A stretch of DNA of 27,732 bases from Polyangiaceae bacterium. GTDB lineage: Bacteria > Myxococcota_A > Polyangia > Polyangiales > Polyangiaceae. The position numbers and the translations under genes were made by a program. Of this stretch, positions 16,944-25,411 are shown piece after piece. The notes below the pieces were generated by a model. It was not told the origin of the DNA and searched no databases. It was given only the letters and a program-made list of their open reading frames with translations. Each line of letters opens with the position of its first letter. The stretch's first letter is position 1. The DNA lies in assembly GCA_050287085.1 (NCBI GenBank), contig JBNKBE010000039.1:1-27732 (forward strand), in the 5' to 3' direction.

Positions 16944-17729
16944 TCACTCCAGGGCCAAGTCGCGGCGGAAGAGTGCGCCCGCTGTGCCATCAAAGGCGGA
17001 CGCCGGTCCCAGCGCTTGCACGCCCCGCCACCTTCGTGCAGCCTCTGACGAAAGGCGGATGCCCCTGCTGTCCAATGCGGCAAAAGACCCGAGAAACGCC
17101 TTCCGCAGGGGTTCACTCGTCGCAGCTTTCGCTTTGGCCGCGAGCCGCGGATTGTCCAGAAACGGAAATCCGCCGCCGATGGCGCCATCGAAGGGGCGAG
17201 GCGGTAGGGCCATTCTGCGCAGTCGTGGAACAAATAGGTTGTCAGGTTCTATTCCGTGTTTGTGGTCTACGAGACTCAGGGGCCAATAGCCGTCGGCCAT
17301 GATGACCACACTCATGCGACCCAGTAGCGAATGCTGTAGCTGCGATGCTTGCAGCTGCGACCCCTGAGCACCTCGAGCGGGAATACGCCCTTGGCCGTCG
17401 CTGACGCCGAAGCAGAAGTCATAGGCTCCAGAGTTGTTCCAGGCTTCAACGTAGACCACGGCTCCAGCAACGGGGCTGCCTGTTTCGTCACTGACCCGTA
17501 CCACCAAAGAGCGATAGCCACAGCTCGAGAGCAGTAGCAGGGCGACCCACAGCATCGGCAACGTCGCAAGCGATACTCGCTCGCGACTCCGCCCAGCGCT
17601 CGTCGAAGAGGACCTCGAGTGAGTCGGCCCGCGCCCGAAGTTCGCGCCATGGGCCGTCCGGGGTGTGTCCGCTCGGCTGCAGGGAGCGCGAGTCAGTCCG
17701 GCGAGGGTGCCAGTGTCGTGGGACCACAT
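16944..17729 (-). CDS. Lipoprotein with carboxypeptidase-regulatory-like domain
   Basis: VALLLLSS-C lipobox; VRVSDETGSPVAGAVV...SDGQG...ADGY. The true start may be downstream of 17729. Confidence 0.65.
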   Translation of the reverse strand: MWSHDTGTLAGLTRAPCSRADTPRTAHGANFGRGPTHSRSSSTSAGRSRERVSLATLPMLWVALLLLSSCGYRSLVVRVSDETGSPVAGAVVYVEAWNNSGAYDFCFGVSDGQGRIPARGAQGSQLQASQLQHSLLGRMSVVIMADGYWPLSLVDHKHGIEPDNLFVPRLRRMALPPRPFDGAIGGGFPFLDNPRLAAKAKAATSEPLRKAFLGSFAALDSRGIRLSSEAARRWRGVQALGPASAFDGTAGALFRRDLALE

Positions 17730-17731
17730 GG

Positions 17732-18808
17732 CTATTGCACCAGTCTCTCCGCCTCTTCACGGGCGCGTTGATACTCGCGAATCTTTCCGCGAATAATCGT
17801 TCGCAGCGCGACCTCGCCTTCGACGTTGCCGAGCTGTTGCCAGGCCGCGACCTCTGCGCCGGTGTAGAGAGTCAGGCGGCCTGCTATCGCCAGCCGATTG
17901 AGCGGGTCGCGTAGCTCCTTGTAAGCGGCCGCCAGTGCTAGCGCCTGAGATCCACCGCGTTTCAGTAGATAGGCATCAAGCAGCGCCTCGCGTTCGACTG
18001 GGGGCAGGTCCTGGCGCTTGAGTTGCACCTGGACGTCCTTGTCCGTTTCCTCGTCACGCAAGCCCGCCAGGGTCATGCGGTAGCTGTTCCGCTCTTCGAT
18101 TGTCTTGGCGGCGTGGTACTGCTTGCGCAGTTCAGGCAGGAGTTCGATAGCGTGCAGCGTCACAATCCCATCCAGGAAGAGCCAAGCCAGCTCCGATTGC
18201 TCGCGGATGGCACGGCGCCATCCATGGGCAAAAACTCGACGCCCTCTGGGGGCGTCGAGTTTGAGGAATACGAGGGCAATCGCGGTGTAGGAATTGTGAC
18301 GAGCGAAAGCCGGGAATTGAAAGAGGTACTCTTCGGCGAGGGGCAGGTATTCGGTGCCGTAGCTTTCCAAGTGGTGGGCGATTTTCGCGATCGGCGCTTC
18401 GAAGGCGGCGCTTGCCTTGGGCAATAGCGCGTCGTAGCGCCCGAAGAGAACGGCTTGGTAGCTTGCTGACTCACCTGGATGTTCTAGCCAGCACCTAAGA
18501 ACCGATCCAAAAAACATCGCGGTGTCGTTTCGACCCCAGGGGTGAGCCCACCCCGATGTTGCGATGGCGTTCATAGGGGGGGTGGCGGCTATGAGTTCGC
18601 GGTGCTTCAGCAGGACCTGGCGTCTCGCTTCCGCGTATGCGGCGCCGCGTAGCGGGTTGAGTTCTTGGGCGATTGCGGAGTTGAGGTCAGCTATGGGGCT
18701 TGCGGCCGCGGGACGGAAGCCAAAGAGCAGCACGCCAGCGCTCAGGAGCAGAAGCGCACCTCTGATGACGAGGTCCTTGTGCGTGGATGAGCGCGGCGTC
18801 GGAGACAA
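17732..18808 (-). CDS. Hypothetical secreted alpha-helical (HEAT-like) protein
   Basis: Signal-peptide-like IRGALLLLSAGVLLFGFRPAAA-S, then an amphipathic helical body. The in-frame TTG at 18808 is more plausible than 19045; start uncertain. Confidence 0.6.
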   Translation of the reverse strand: MSPTPRSSTHKDLVIRGALLLLSAGVLLFGFRPAAASPIADLNSAIAQELNPLRGAAYAEARRQVLLKHRELIAATPPMNAIATSGWAHPWGRNDTAMFFGSVLRCWLEHPGESASYQAVLFGRYDALLPKASAAFEAPIAKIAHHLESYGTEYLPLAEEYLFQFPAFARHNSYTAIALVFLKLDAPRGRRVFAHGWRRAIREQSELAWLFLDGIVTLHAIELLPELRKQYHAAKTIEERNSYRMTLAGLRDEETDKDVQVQLKRQDLPPVEREALLDAYLLKRGGSQALALAAAYKELRDPLNRLAIAGRLTLYTGAEVAAWQQLGNVEGEVALRTIIRGKIREYQRAREEAERLVQ

Positions 18809-19157
18809 GTTCGGACGCGAACGAAATAGGATCGGGGCATGTGCCCCCTGCGTGCAAACCCGGATGCAGCGGCACAGATTTTCAGAGCGGCCTTGGTGGA
18901 GCACGTAGCAAGAGTACTCCGAACGCGGGTTTCGGTCACGGCCTCCATCGGCGGAGTCCTTCTTGCCCCCCTCGGTAGGTTGCTCCGAGCGCCCGTGTTT
19001 CGCCGGCGAGCGAAACATTGGGGGCTTTGGTGGCCACGCCTCCATTGCCGACTACGCGTACGGCCCTCCGGGCTTCAGCGTCCGTGCGCCGCTCGAGGAA
19101 GAGCAGGGCCCCGTCTCGGCGAGCGCACAGGCTTTGCACGGTGTTCGAGCATGTTCT

Positions 19158-19787
19158 TCAGGGCAGCCACGTCTTGCCGGTCTCGCAGCTCACGTGGCGC
19201 GCTGAAAGGCGGGTGGGCCCGATATCCAGCACGCCGAATACGATCGGCAGGCCAAAGCGCCGGGGGCCGATCGAACCGGGGTTGATGATGGTGACCCCGC
19301 GGTCTGTGCCGATGAACGGAACGTGCGAATGACCACATACGACCAGCGAGCAATCGTATTCGCGCGCGAGCCGATAGGCGTCGGCTCGCAACTTCGGGCC
19401 GTACACCGCAATATGCATCAACAGAACGCGAAGCACACTGCGCCCGGAGCGCTCGAATGATATGTCGATGGAGTCTGCGAGTTGAGGGCTGCGGGCGTCG
19501 ATGTTGCCCCGCACCATGTGCATGGGTGCGAGGGTTCTAAACGGCTCAAGCACCGCCAGATCGCCAATGTCACCGCCATGCAACAATAGATCAGGTTGTT
19601 GTGCTCGCACCCACTTGGCGCTCTGCGGGCTCACCTTGCCGTGAGTGTCAGCGAGCAACACCACACGGAAGTCGCCAGCGGGTGGCAGCACAACCGTTGT
19701 TGAGGTGTGTTGGGTCGTGTTGCGCAGGGCCTTCCGACGAGTACCAGGGGACCGCCCGCGGGGATTGGTGTCAGAGGGGAGGGGCAT
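19158..19787 (-). CDS. YfcE/MJ0936-type metallophosphoesterase
   Basis: LADTHG, HGGDIG, VRGNID, MH, CGHSHVP, INPGS. Confidence 0.92.
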   Translation of the reverse strand: MPLPSDTNPRGRSPGTRRKALRNTTQHTSTTVVLPPAGDFRVVLLADTHGKVSPQSAKWVRAQQPDLLLHGGDIGDLAVLEPFRTLAPMHMVRGNIDARSPQLADSIDISFERSGRSVLRVLLMHIAVYGPKLRADAYRLAREYDCSLVVCGHSHVPFIGTDRGVTIINPGSIGPRRFGLPIVFGVLDIGPTRLSARHVSCETGKTWLP

Positions 19788-20853
19788 TTCGCATCGTGGC
19801 GATCGGTTGACCGCCTAGATTCTGAGGAGCAAGGGCCACGCGAAGGCTTTGGGTGTCGCAGCCGTACTTTGTTTCTAGTAGCGTGTCGAGTGCGATCGGT
19901 GTGAAGCGTTGTCTCGACCCGAGCTCTCGGAGGAACGCGAGCAGTGCCGGAGGACGAATGCGGTCGTGGATCACAACAACTCCCCCCTGCTTGGCGCTGT
20001 GCATCAGGTTGCCCGCGAGATAGTTGAGGTCGTCCTTCTTGCCGGGCACTGTGTCTCCGGCGCCGCCGTGCCAGATGACACTAACCCAGCCTCGGCGAGC
20101 TAGCGCGTGCTGGTGGCGTTGGATGGCATCGTGGTTGGGGGCTTTGCTGCTTACGTAGGGATAGCCCCCGGGCGGACGAGTGAGCAGCATGTGAAACGGT
20201 CGCCGAGAGCCAGCACGCCCCAGGCGTTCGAGAAGTGCGATGTGGCGAGCTTCGATATCGTGCCACTCCCTCTTGACCTGTTTCGCGCTGGGCCAGTCCC
20301 AGTACGATCGCTGAAAGACCTCCTTGGATAGTGCATCGAAGTGTTCAGCCGAAGTCGCAAGGAGCGCCAACTCGATCTTGAATTGCACCAGCGCGTATTG
20401 ACCTTCGATGTAGTCACCACCGTCGTCGTAGCGTGTTGCCATGTGGATGTCGTGAGTATAGGAGTGCGAACCGATGGTATGTCCTTCTCGTACCATCCTT
20501 TGGATCAAGTGGTAGGTTTTGGGGGTGATGTTGACGCCTACGACGAAGAAGCTTCCAGGCACTGTGCGCGCTGAGAGTGCGTCTAGGACTATGGGCGTGT
20601 CGCGCGGATGGGGGCCATCGTCAAAGGTGAGGGCAATGGTGCCCGGCGTCGCGGCGTCGCGGCGACTGATGAGCGCTGGTGCATACAGTGCTTCGCGACT
20701 GCAGCGCTCCGCGTCTGCGCGGGGCTTCGAGCCCTGGGCGAAGGCCGGAGTGAAGCGCAGAGCACAGCTCATGGCGAGGATCAACGTGAGGAGCCAACGC
20801 TGGGTAGAGGTCCAGCGAGGGGCGATCGCGACGCGGGCGGAACGGGTTTGCAT
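19771..20853 (-). CDS. Secreted polysaccharide deacetylase (NodB/CE4)
   Basis: Signal peptide ending PAFA; IALTFDDGP, HSYTH, RPPGG, VVIHD; long insertion between HSYTH and RPPGG. Confidence 0.9.
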   Translation of the reverse strand: MQTRSARVAIAPRWTSTQRWLLTLILAMSCALRFTPAFAQGSKPRADAERCSREALYAPALISRRDAATPGTIALTFDDGPHPRDTPIVLDALSARTVPGSFFVVGVNITPKTYHLIQRMVREGHTIGSHSYTHDIHMATRYDDGGDYIEGQYALVQFKIELALLATSAEHFDALSKEVFQRSYWDWPSAKQVKREWHDIEARHIALLERLGRAGSRRPFHMLLTRPPGGYPYVSSKAPNHDAIQRHQHALARRGWVSVIWHGGAGDTVPGKKDDLNYLAGNLMHSAKQGGVVVIHDRIRPPALLAFLRELGSRQRFTPIALDTLLETKYGCDTQSLRVALAPQNLGGQPIATMRNAPPL

Positions 20854-20948
20854 GCTCGCATACGGGGATGCGTGACGAGCGCGGCGCTCATGTACGGGCC
20901 GCTGAGCTCTTTCTTCTTTTCGGGTGTCACGGATCGCCGTATGCCATC
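20854..20948. promoter_or_regulatory. 23-bp imperfect inverted repeat in the divergent deacetylase/ECF intergenic region
   Basis: Reverse complement of 20854-20876 (GTCACGCATCCCCGTATGCGAGC) matches 20926-20948 (GTCACGGATCGCCGTATGCCATC) at 19/23 positions. Confidence 0.7.
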
Positions 20949-21020
20949 GGGAACGACTGGCAACGAGCCCGTCGCGGCGCCCGTACCTCGTTAAAATGAC
21001 AAGCGAATCCGACCATTCTG

Positions 21021-21722
21021 ATGCACCTCATGGAACCCGATAGCGATTGCGAAAGATTTCGGATCCTGTCGGCCGGAAAACCCCCTGGCGCTGTGCGCAC
21101 GGCTCAGCAGGAGCTATACGCGCGTCATGCGGGCTACCTGCTGCGGGTTCTTCGTGGTCCTCGAGGTCGCTTGCTGGCCCATTGTGAGATGGGCGCTGAG
21201 GACCTAGTGCACGAGACTTTCGTCAGAGCCTTTGAGCGCGCGGACAGTTACCGTTGTCTCAACTGGGGCAGCGTTCAGCCGCCGTCTGGCGCGGTGGGGG
21301 GTGTTTCTGCAGTCAGAGAGGAAGAAGAACGCCTACGCACCCGAGCCTGGCTTGGGCGCATCGCGGAGCGCTTGCTTGCGGATGCCCTGGCCAAACGTCG
21401 TGAAGTCTCTGGCTCTTTGGACATGGTGGAGTTTTCCGAGGCGGCGCCACCTTCCAGCGGCTCGAGCCAGGCAGTCTTGGTGCGAAGGGCACTGCTGCAA
21501 CTGGATGAACGTGAACAAGATGTCTTGCGAATAACCGCGTTGTATCATCGGGTTGGAGAAAAGCATCAGCGGCTCCCAAACGACGTGGTTCGTGAATTGG
21601 CGGCCCGCTGGAACATCAGCGGCGCCAACTTGCGCGCCATTCGCAAACGCGCGCTCGCGAAACTGCGACGGAATCTGGAGGCCGCCATGCAGCAACCCCA
21701 CGCCGAGGATGGAGCGTCATGA
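21021..21722 (+). CDS. ECF-type sigma-70 factor
   Basis: Region 2 AEDLVHETFVRAF...RAWLGRIAERLLAD; region 4 VRRALLQLDEREQDVL...ELAARWNISGANLRAIRKRALAKLR; TAAAAT at 20992-20997. Confidence 0.9.
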   Translation: MHLMEPDSDCERFRILSAGKPPGAVRTAQQELYARHAGYLLRVLRGPRGRLLAHCEMGAEDLVHETFVRAFERADSYRCLNWGSVQPPSGAVGGVSAVREEEERLRTRAWLGRIAERLLADALAKRREVSGSLDMVEFSEAAPPSSGSSQAVLVRRALLQLDEREQDVLRITALYHRVGEKHQRLPNDVVRELAARWNISGANLRAIRKRALAKLRRNLEAAMQQPHAEDGAS

Positions 21723-22897
21723 GTGACGAAAAGGTTCGTCTTAGCGATGAGCAACTCGAGGAGCTGCTTGGTCGCGCTTTGGCCGACGATATGATACCCA
21801 CTACGCCTGAGGCTGTGCGCCGAGCTGAGCAGTCTGGCGAAGAAGCGATGGCGCCCAGAGCTCCCGCGGAAGGGTTTCCTTCTCCGGTGGAGGGGGCTGT
21901 GGGCGATCCCGAGAGACCAATGGCGGACGTGTCCACAGGGGCGAGCCAGCGCCCGGGTCGAGTCGTCGAGCTCCGGCCAGCGCCGGGCACGCGCCTCTAC
22001 CCGGCACTCCGGGCGGGCGTGGTGGGGGCAGCTCTAGGCGTTGCCGCCACTCTAGCGCTTGCGCCGCGCGGAGAGAACACGCAGTGGATCGGTCCCGAGA
22101 CGGGACCCGGCGCGACCGTCCCGAACTCGGGCGAGCCTCCGAAGGCAGCTCTTGACCTCAGCATGAGCTGCCCGGGTGAGTGTTGCGCCGGCTCCGGCTG
22201 TGCTGTTGCCGCGAAGGCCTGCGCTTCGGAGCGCACGTGTGTTCCTTGTCAGCCGCAACCAAAGGGGCGCTACCGCCTTCAGGTGGGCGACATGACGTGG
22301 GCTAGGGACCAGCTGAGCACGGACGAACCCGCGCCGCGCCTATGCGTCAGGGTGGGGCGTGATGCAGAGCAATGCCTAGACGCGGTGACCGTTGAAAGTC
22401 CGGAGCCGCCGTCCGCGGGCGCTCCATCCGCCTGGCAGGTCACGTCCGGGAGCTACAGCGCAGCGCAGCTTCTCAGTGGCACACAACTGCGTTTGAGGCG
22501 CCAAGCGAACTCACAGTTGGTTGCGGAGTGGTCTCGGCAGGTCGCCATCACGACCGATACCCTTTGCAAAGGACTGAAGGTTGAACTGAGCGATGCGGAG
22601 GGCAAGGCGGTGGCTGCCGTCTCGGTGTTCCTGTTGGACGCACACTTCGTTGAACTGGAACGGGCGTCTTCTGTGGGGCCTCTGCTCAGGAGCTTGACCC
22701 ACCTGGGGGGGGCCAAGAACGCTTCCCTGAAGATCTACGAGACCCGGGCCGAGGGAGCCGGTCGTTTCGTGCTCACCCTGGGTCCCCTGGACTTCGACTC
22801 CAGTGAGACTTTGCGTTGGAGACTGCTAGATGCGGGGCTTTCGCCGCAGCTGACCCTGGGTAGCGACTACCTGGGGGAGCCCAGGGTTGGGGACTGA
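21719..22897 (+). CDS. Probable single-pass anti-sigma factor with Cys-rich extracytoplasmic part
   Basis: ATGA overlap with the sigma gene; acidic N-terminal helix, TM-like GVVGAALGVAATLALA, CPGECCAGSGC...CASERTCVPC, beta-rich domain, possible SPOR-like end. Confidence 0.7.
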   Translation: MSDEKVRLSDEQLEELLGRALADDMIPTTPEAVRRAEQSGEEAMAPRAPAEGFPSPVEGAVGDPERPMADVSTGASQRPGRVVELRPAPGTRLYPALRAGVVGAALGVAATLALAPRGENTQWIGPETGPGATVPNSGEPPKAALDLSMSCPGECCAGSGCAVAAKACASERTCVPCQPQPKGRYRLQVGDMTWARDQLSTDEPAPRLCVRVGRDAEQCLDAVTVESPEPPSAGAPSAWQVTSGSYSAAQLLSGTQLRLRRQANSQLVAEWSRQVAITTDTLCKGLKVELSDAEGKAVAAVSVFLLDAHFVELERASSVGPLLRSLTHLGGAKNASLKIYETRAEGAGRFVLTLGPLDFDSSETLRWRLLDAGLSPQLTLGSDYLGEPRVGD

Positions 22898-22927
22898 GCC
22901 GGACTTTGCTGTGCGTTGGACCAGCGT

Positions 22928-25162
22928 CTACTGGTTTCTACGAAGCGCCATCGGAGCTGGTTGTACTAGCCCCGTGGCGGGGTATGGGTCGACTCCGGTT
23001 TGTTGTAGATAGTCTTCGAGAGCGAGCTTCAGGTGATCGACGTCGACCCGACCGAGGAGGTTCCGCTCGCTGTGCGTGGCGCGCTCTGTGCTCACTTCCA
23101 AGACCCTGTCGGTTCGGGTGATGAAGTCACGTGTCAGTCGATACCGCCCGTCCGTTAGTGTGAGCTTGTTGGAAACGACGCGGTCGGCACCATCGACCAC
23201 CCATGCCTCGGACATGACGATACGCCCGCCGTCGTCCCGGCGCAGACCCTTTGCCAGCGGCAGGAGGTCAACGCCGTCCAGGCCCGCGGGAGCCGGGGTG
23301 TTGGTCAGAGCGAGTATTGTCGGGAAGAGGTCCAGAGAGCTCACCGGACTCCTGATACGCCGGGGCTCGACCCCCGGAATGGAGAGCAACATCGGGATGC
23401 GAGCTACGGACTCGTCAATGACGTGACCGTGAAAGCGGAGCCGCCCTAGCTTTTCGCCGTGGTCGGCAGTGAGGGCCACGGCGATGGGCTCGCCAGCGTC
23501 CTGTCGTCGCGCGAGCTCTGCGAGCAGGGGTTCCACTACATGGTCGAACGTCGCGATTTCGTGGTCGTAGCCATCGCCTACGCTAGGACCAAACCAGGTG
23601 ACATGGGGCGAACGCGTCGTTGGCGTATGAGGGCCAAGGTAGTGAACCCACAGGAAGAAGGGTGAGGTTCCTGCGGTGGCCAGCCATTTGAGTGCCTGTG
23701 CGGTAGCACCCGGATCATCGGGAGTCTTGCTGCCCTTGTCCAGAAACGTGACGACCTCGTCGAACTCGCCCACTACCCCAGTTCCTGGCAGGGCCATGTG
23801 CAATGCTGTGGTTGCGAACGTTCGCACTCCGCGGCGCTTCAGCCACCAGGGCAGTGCTGGTCTGGTTTCGAGCTTGGGAAGTCGATACCATGAGAAGACC
23901 TTCTCCCCGGGGGCAAGTTCCGGCTCGCCGTGCTCCTGCGCCGGGTAACGCCAGCTTGATGTACGCGCGGTTCGTGTCCAGCGCAGACGCCGGGGATAGA
24001 CCCCGCGAAAGTTGGCGGCCAGGGCGAGCGAGGTAGATGAGCCTGAGGTGAAGGCGTTGTCGAAGACCACAGCTCGCTCAGCGGCCCAGCGCGCCAAATG
24101 GGGGGTTGTTGGCCGCGCATAGCCGTGGAGGCTCGTGCGCTCAGCGCTGACGGTGTCGACCGTTATCAGCACGAAACTGACCGGTGCCGGTTGGGCTGGC
24201 ACCGTGACCGCGTCTGGACGGAGCGGACTCGGCGTCGTCATCGAATCGCCCAAACGGCAGTCGTCGTCGATCTGATTGCGCGGTTGCTCGCGGGCTCCCG
24301 GATGGACGCTGCTCTGCACGTCGTTGCAATCGCCTTCTGCGAAGAAGGGCGAGTAGCCATCCCGATCGAGATCGACAAGCCATCGGGCGGCTTGCAGTGC
24401 AAAGGCCGAATGGGGGCGCTCCTGGATGGCTGCGGCCGTCGCGGGATCCACTAGTCGCAGGCCGCTGAGCGTCAGGACGAAGAGAGTTACCCATGACCAG
24501 CGTGAGGTCGCGGTCAGCCACTTCATGGCTGCGGCGGCTCGTCTGACTGTGACACACGGCGTTAGAGCCACAAGCAGCGATCCAAGGCTCGCGGCTTGAA
24601 GGATGTGTCCTGCGACTGGGTAGGTGACGAGGAGGGCCGTTCGATCGAGCCAAGAACAGAGCAGTGCTCCGGCGCTCATCGTGCCGGCGATACCCGCTCG
24701 AAGCCATAGGGGCGCCGCCACCACCCAACCATATGGATGACGGCTACGGGGCTGCAGACCAACGCCGACCAGCATTACCGCAGCGCCCAAGGCGATACTC
24801 GCTAGTAGTGCCGATATTGCGAGGCGGTGAAAGGCCGACCCGAGCCGCGCGAAGACAGCGAGCTGATCCATGGTCCAAAGCGCCACTGTTCCACCCACAG
24901 CGCCCCAGACGGCGAACTGGAGGCCCAAGCTTCGTCGCCCGAGGAGCCATTGCAGTCCTCCCAGCGCGGAGCTCAGTATCACTCCGACCAGGGTGGCCAA
25001 TGCGGCGGAAGCAGCTAGGCCCTGCATGGTGAGGGACGAGCTGAGGAGGGTGTCGACGGTCGAAAGGGCGACGAGCACCGGGGTGAGCAACCAAGCGGAC
25101 GGACTTGTCTGCACCGTCCGAGCCAGGTTTCTCAGTGAATTGGAGGGCGCTGCGTCGCGCAT
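22928..25162 (-). CDS. Membrane-anchored sulfatase/alkaline-phosphatase-superfamily hydrolase or transferase with a MopE-type acidic metal-binding motif
   Basis: Several N-terminal TM segments; DLDRDGYSPFFAEGDCND...VHPGAREQPRNQIDDDC; FVLITVDT, RPTTPHL, FFLWVHYLGPH, YDHEI, TADHGE...HG, VSSLDLFPTIL, LDGVDL. Confidence 0.88.
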   Translation of the reverse strand: MRDAAPSNSLRNLARTVQTSPSAWLLTPVLVALSTVDTLLSSSLTMQGLAASAALATLVGVILSSALGGLQWLLGRRSLGLQFAVWGAVGGTVALWTMDQLAVFARLGSAFHRLAISALLASIALGAAVMLVGVGLQPRSRHPYGWVVAAPLWLRAGIAGTMSAGALLCSWLDRTALLVTYPVAGHILQAASLGSLLVALTPCVTVRRAAAAMKWLTATSRWSWVTLFVLTLSGLRLVDPATAAAIQERPHSAFALQAARWLVDLDRDGYSPFFAEGDCNDVQSSVHPGAREQPRNQIDDDCRLGDSMTTPSPLRPDAVTVPAQPAPVSFVLITVDTVSAERTSLHGYARPTTPHLARWAAERAVVFDNAFTSGSSTSLALAANFRGVYPRRLRWTRTARTSSWRYPAQEHGEPELAPGEKVFSWYRLPKLETRPALPWWLKRRGVRTFATTALHMALPGTGVVGEFDEVVTFLDKGSKTPDDPGATAQALKWLATAGTSPFFLWVHYLGPHTPTTRSPHVTWFGPSVGDGYDHEIATFDHVVEPLLAELARRQDAGEPIAVALTADHGEKLGRLRFHGHVIDESVARIPMLLSIPGVEPRRIRSPVSSLDLFPTILALTNTPAPAGLDGVDLLPLAKGLRRDDGGRIVMSEAWVVDGADRVVSNKLTLTDGRYRLTRDFITRTDRVLEVSTERATHSERNLLGRVDVDHLKLALEDYLQQTGVDPYPATGLVQPAPMALRRNQ

Positions 25163-25169
25163 GAGGTCG

Positions 25170-25199
25170 ATCGTAACACACTCGTTTCAAATCCGTCAC
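25170..25199 (-). promoter_or_regulatory. sigma70-like leaderless-type promoter
   Basis: GTGACG (25199-25194), 18 nt, TACGAT (25175-25170), 7 nt, ATG at 25162. Confidence 0.5.
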
Positions 25200-25411
25200 A
25201 GAGCAGAACACGGGGCTTTCTGCTCGTTCCGGCGCCTGCACCAGCACCGATTGGCGGTGGCGCTCGCTTTCGGCTGGCCCACGTCTCGTGCTTGGTCGAA
25301 GCGCTCGGAGCTGAGAGCCGATCTCAATGCGCCTCTTGGAGTCCCCATGAGACGCCCCGTGGTCGCTTGTCGGGGTTCCACTTATCTGCGATCCTAGATA
25401 GGCTCCAGGGC

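Noticed and set aside
20950..20973. Autoregulatory ECF promoter GGAAC-N15-CGTC
   Set aside because: The spacer is shorter than the usual 16-17 nt and such motifs arise easily by chance here.
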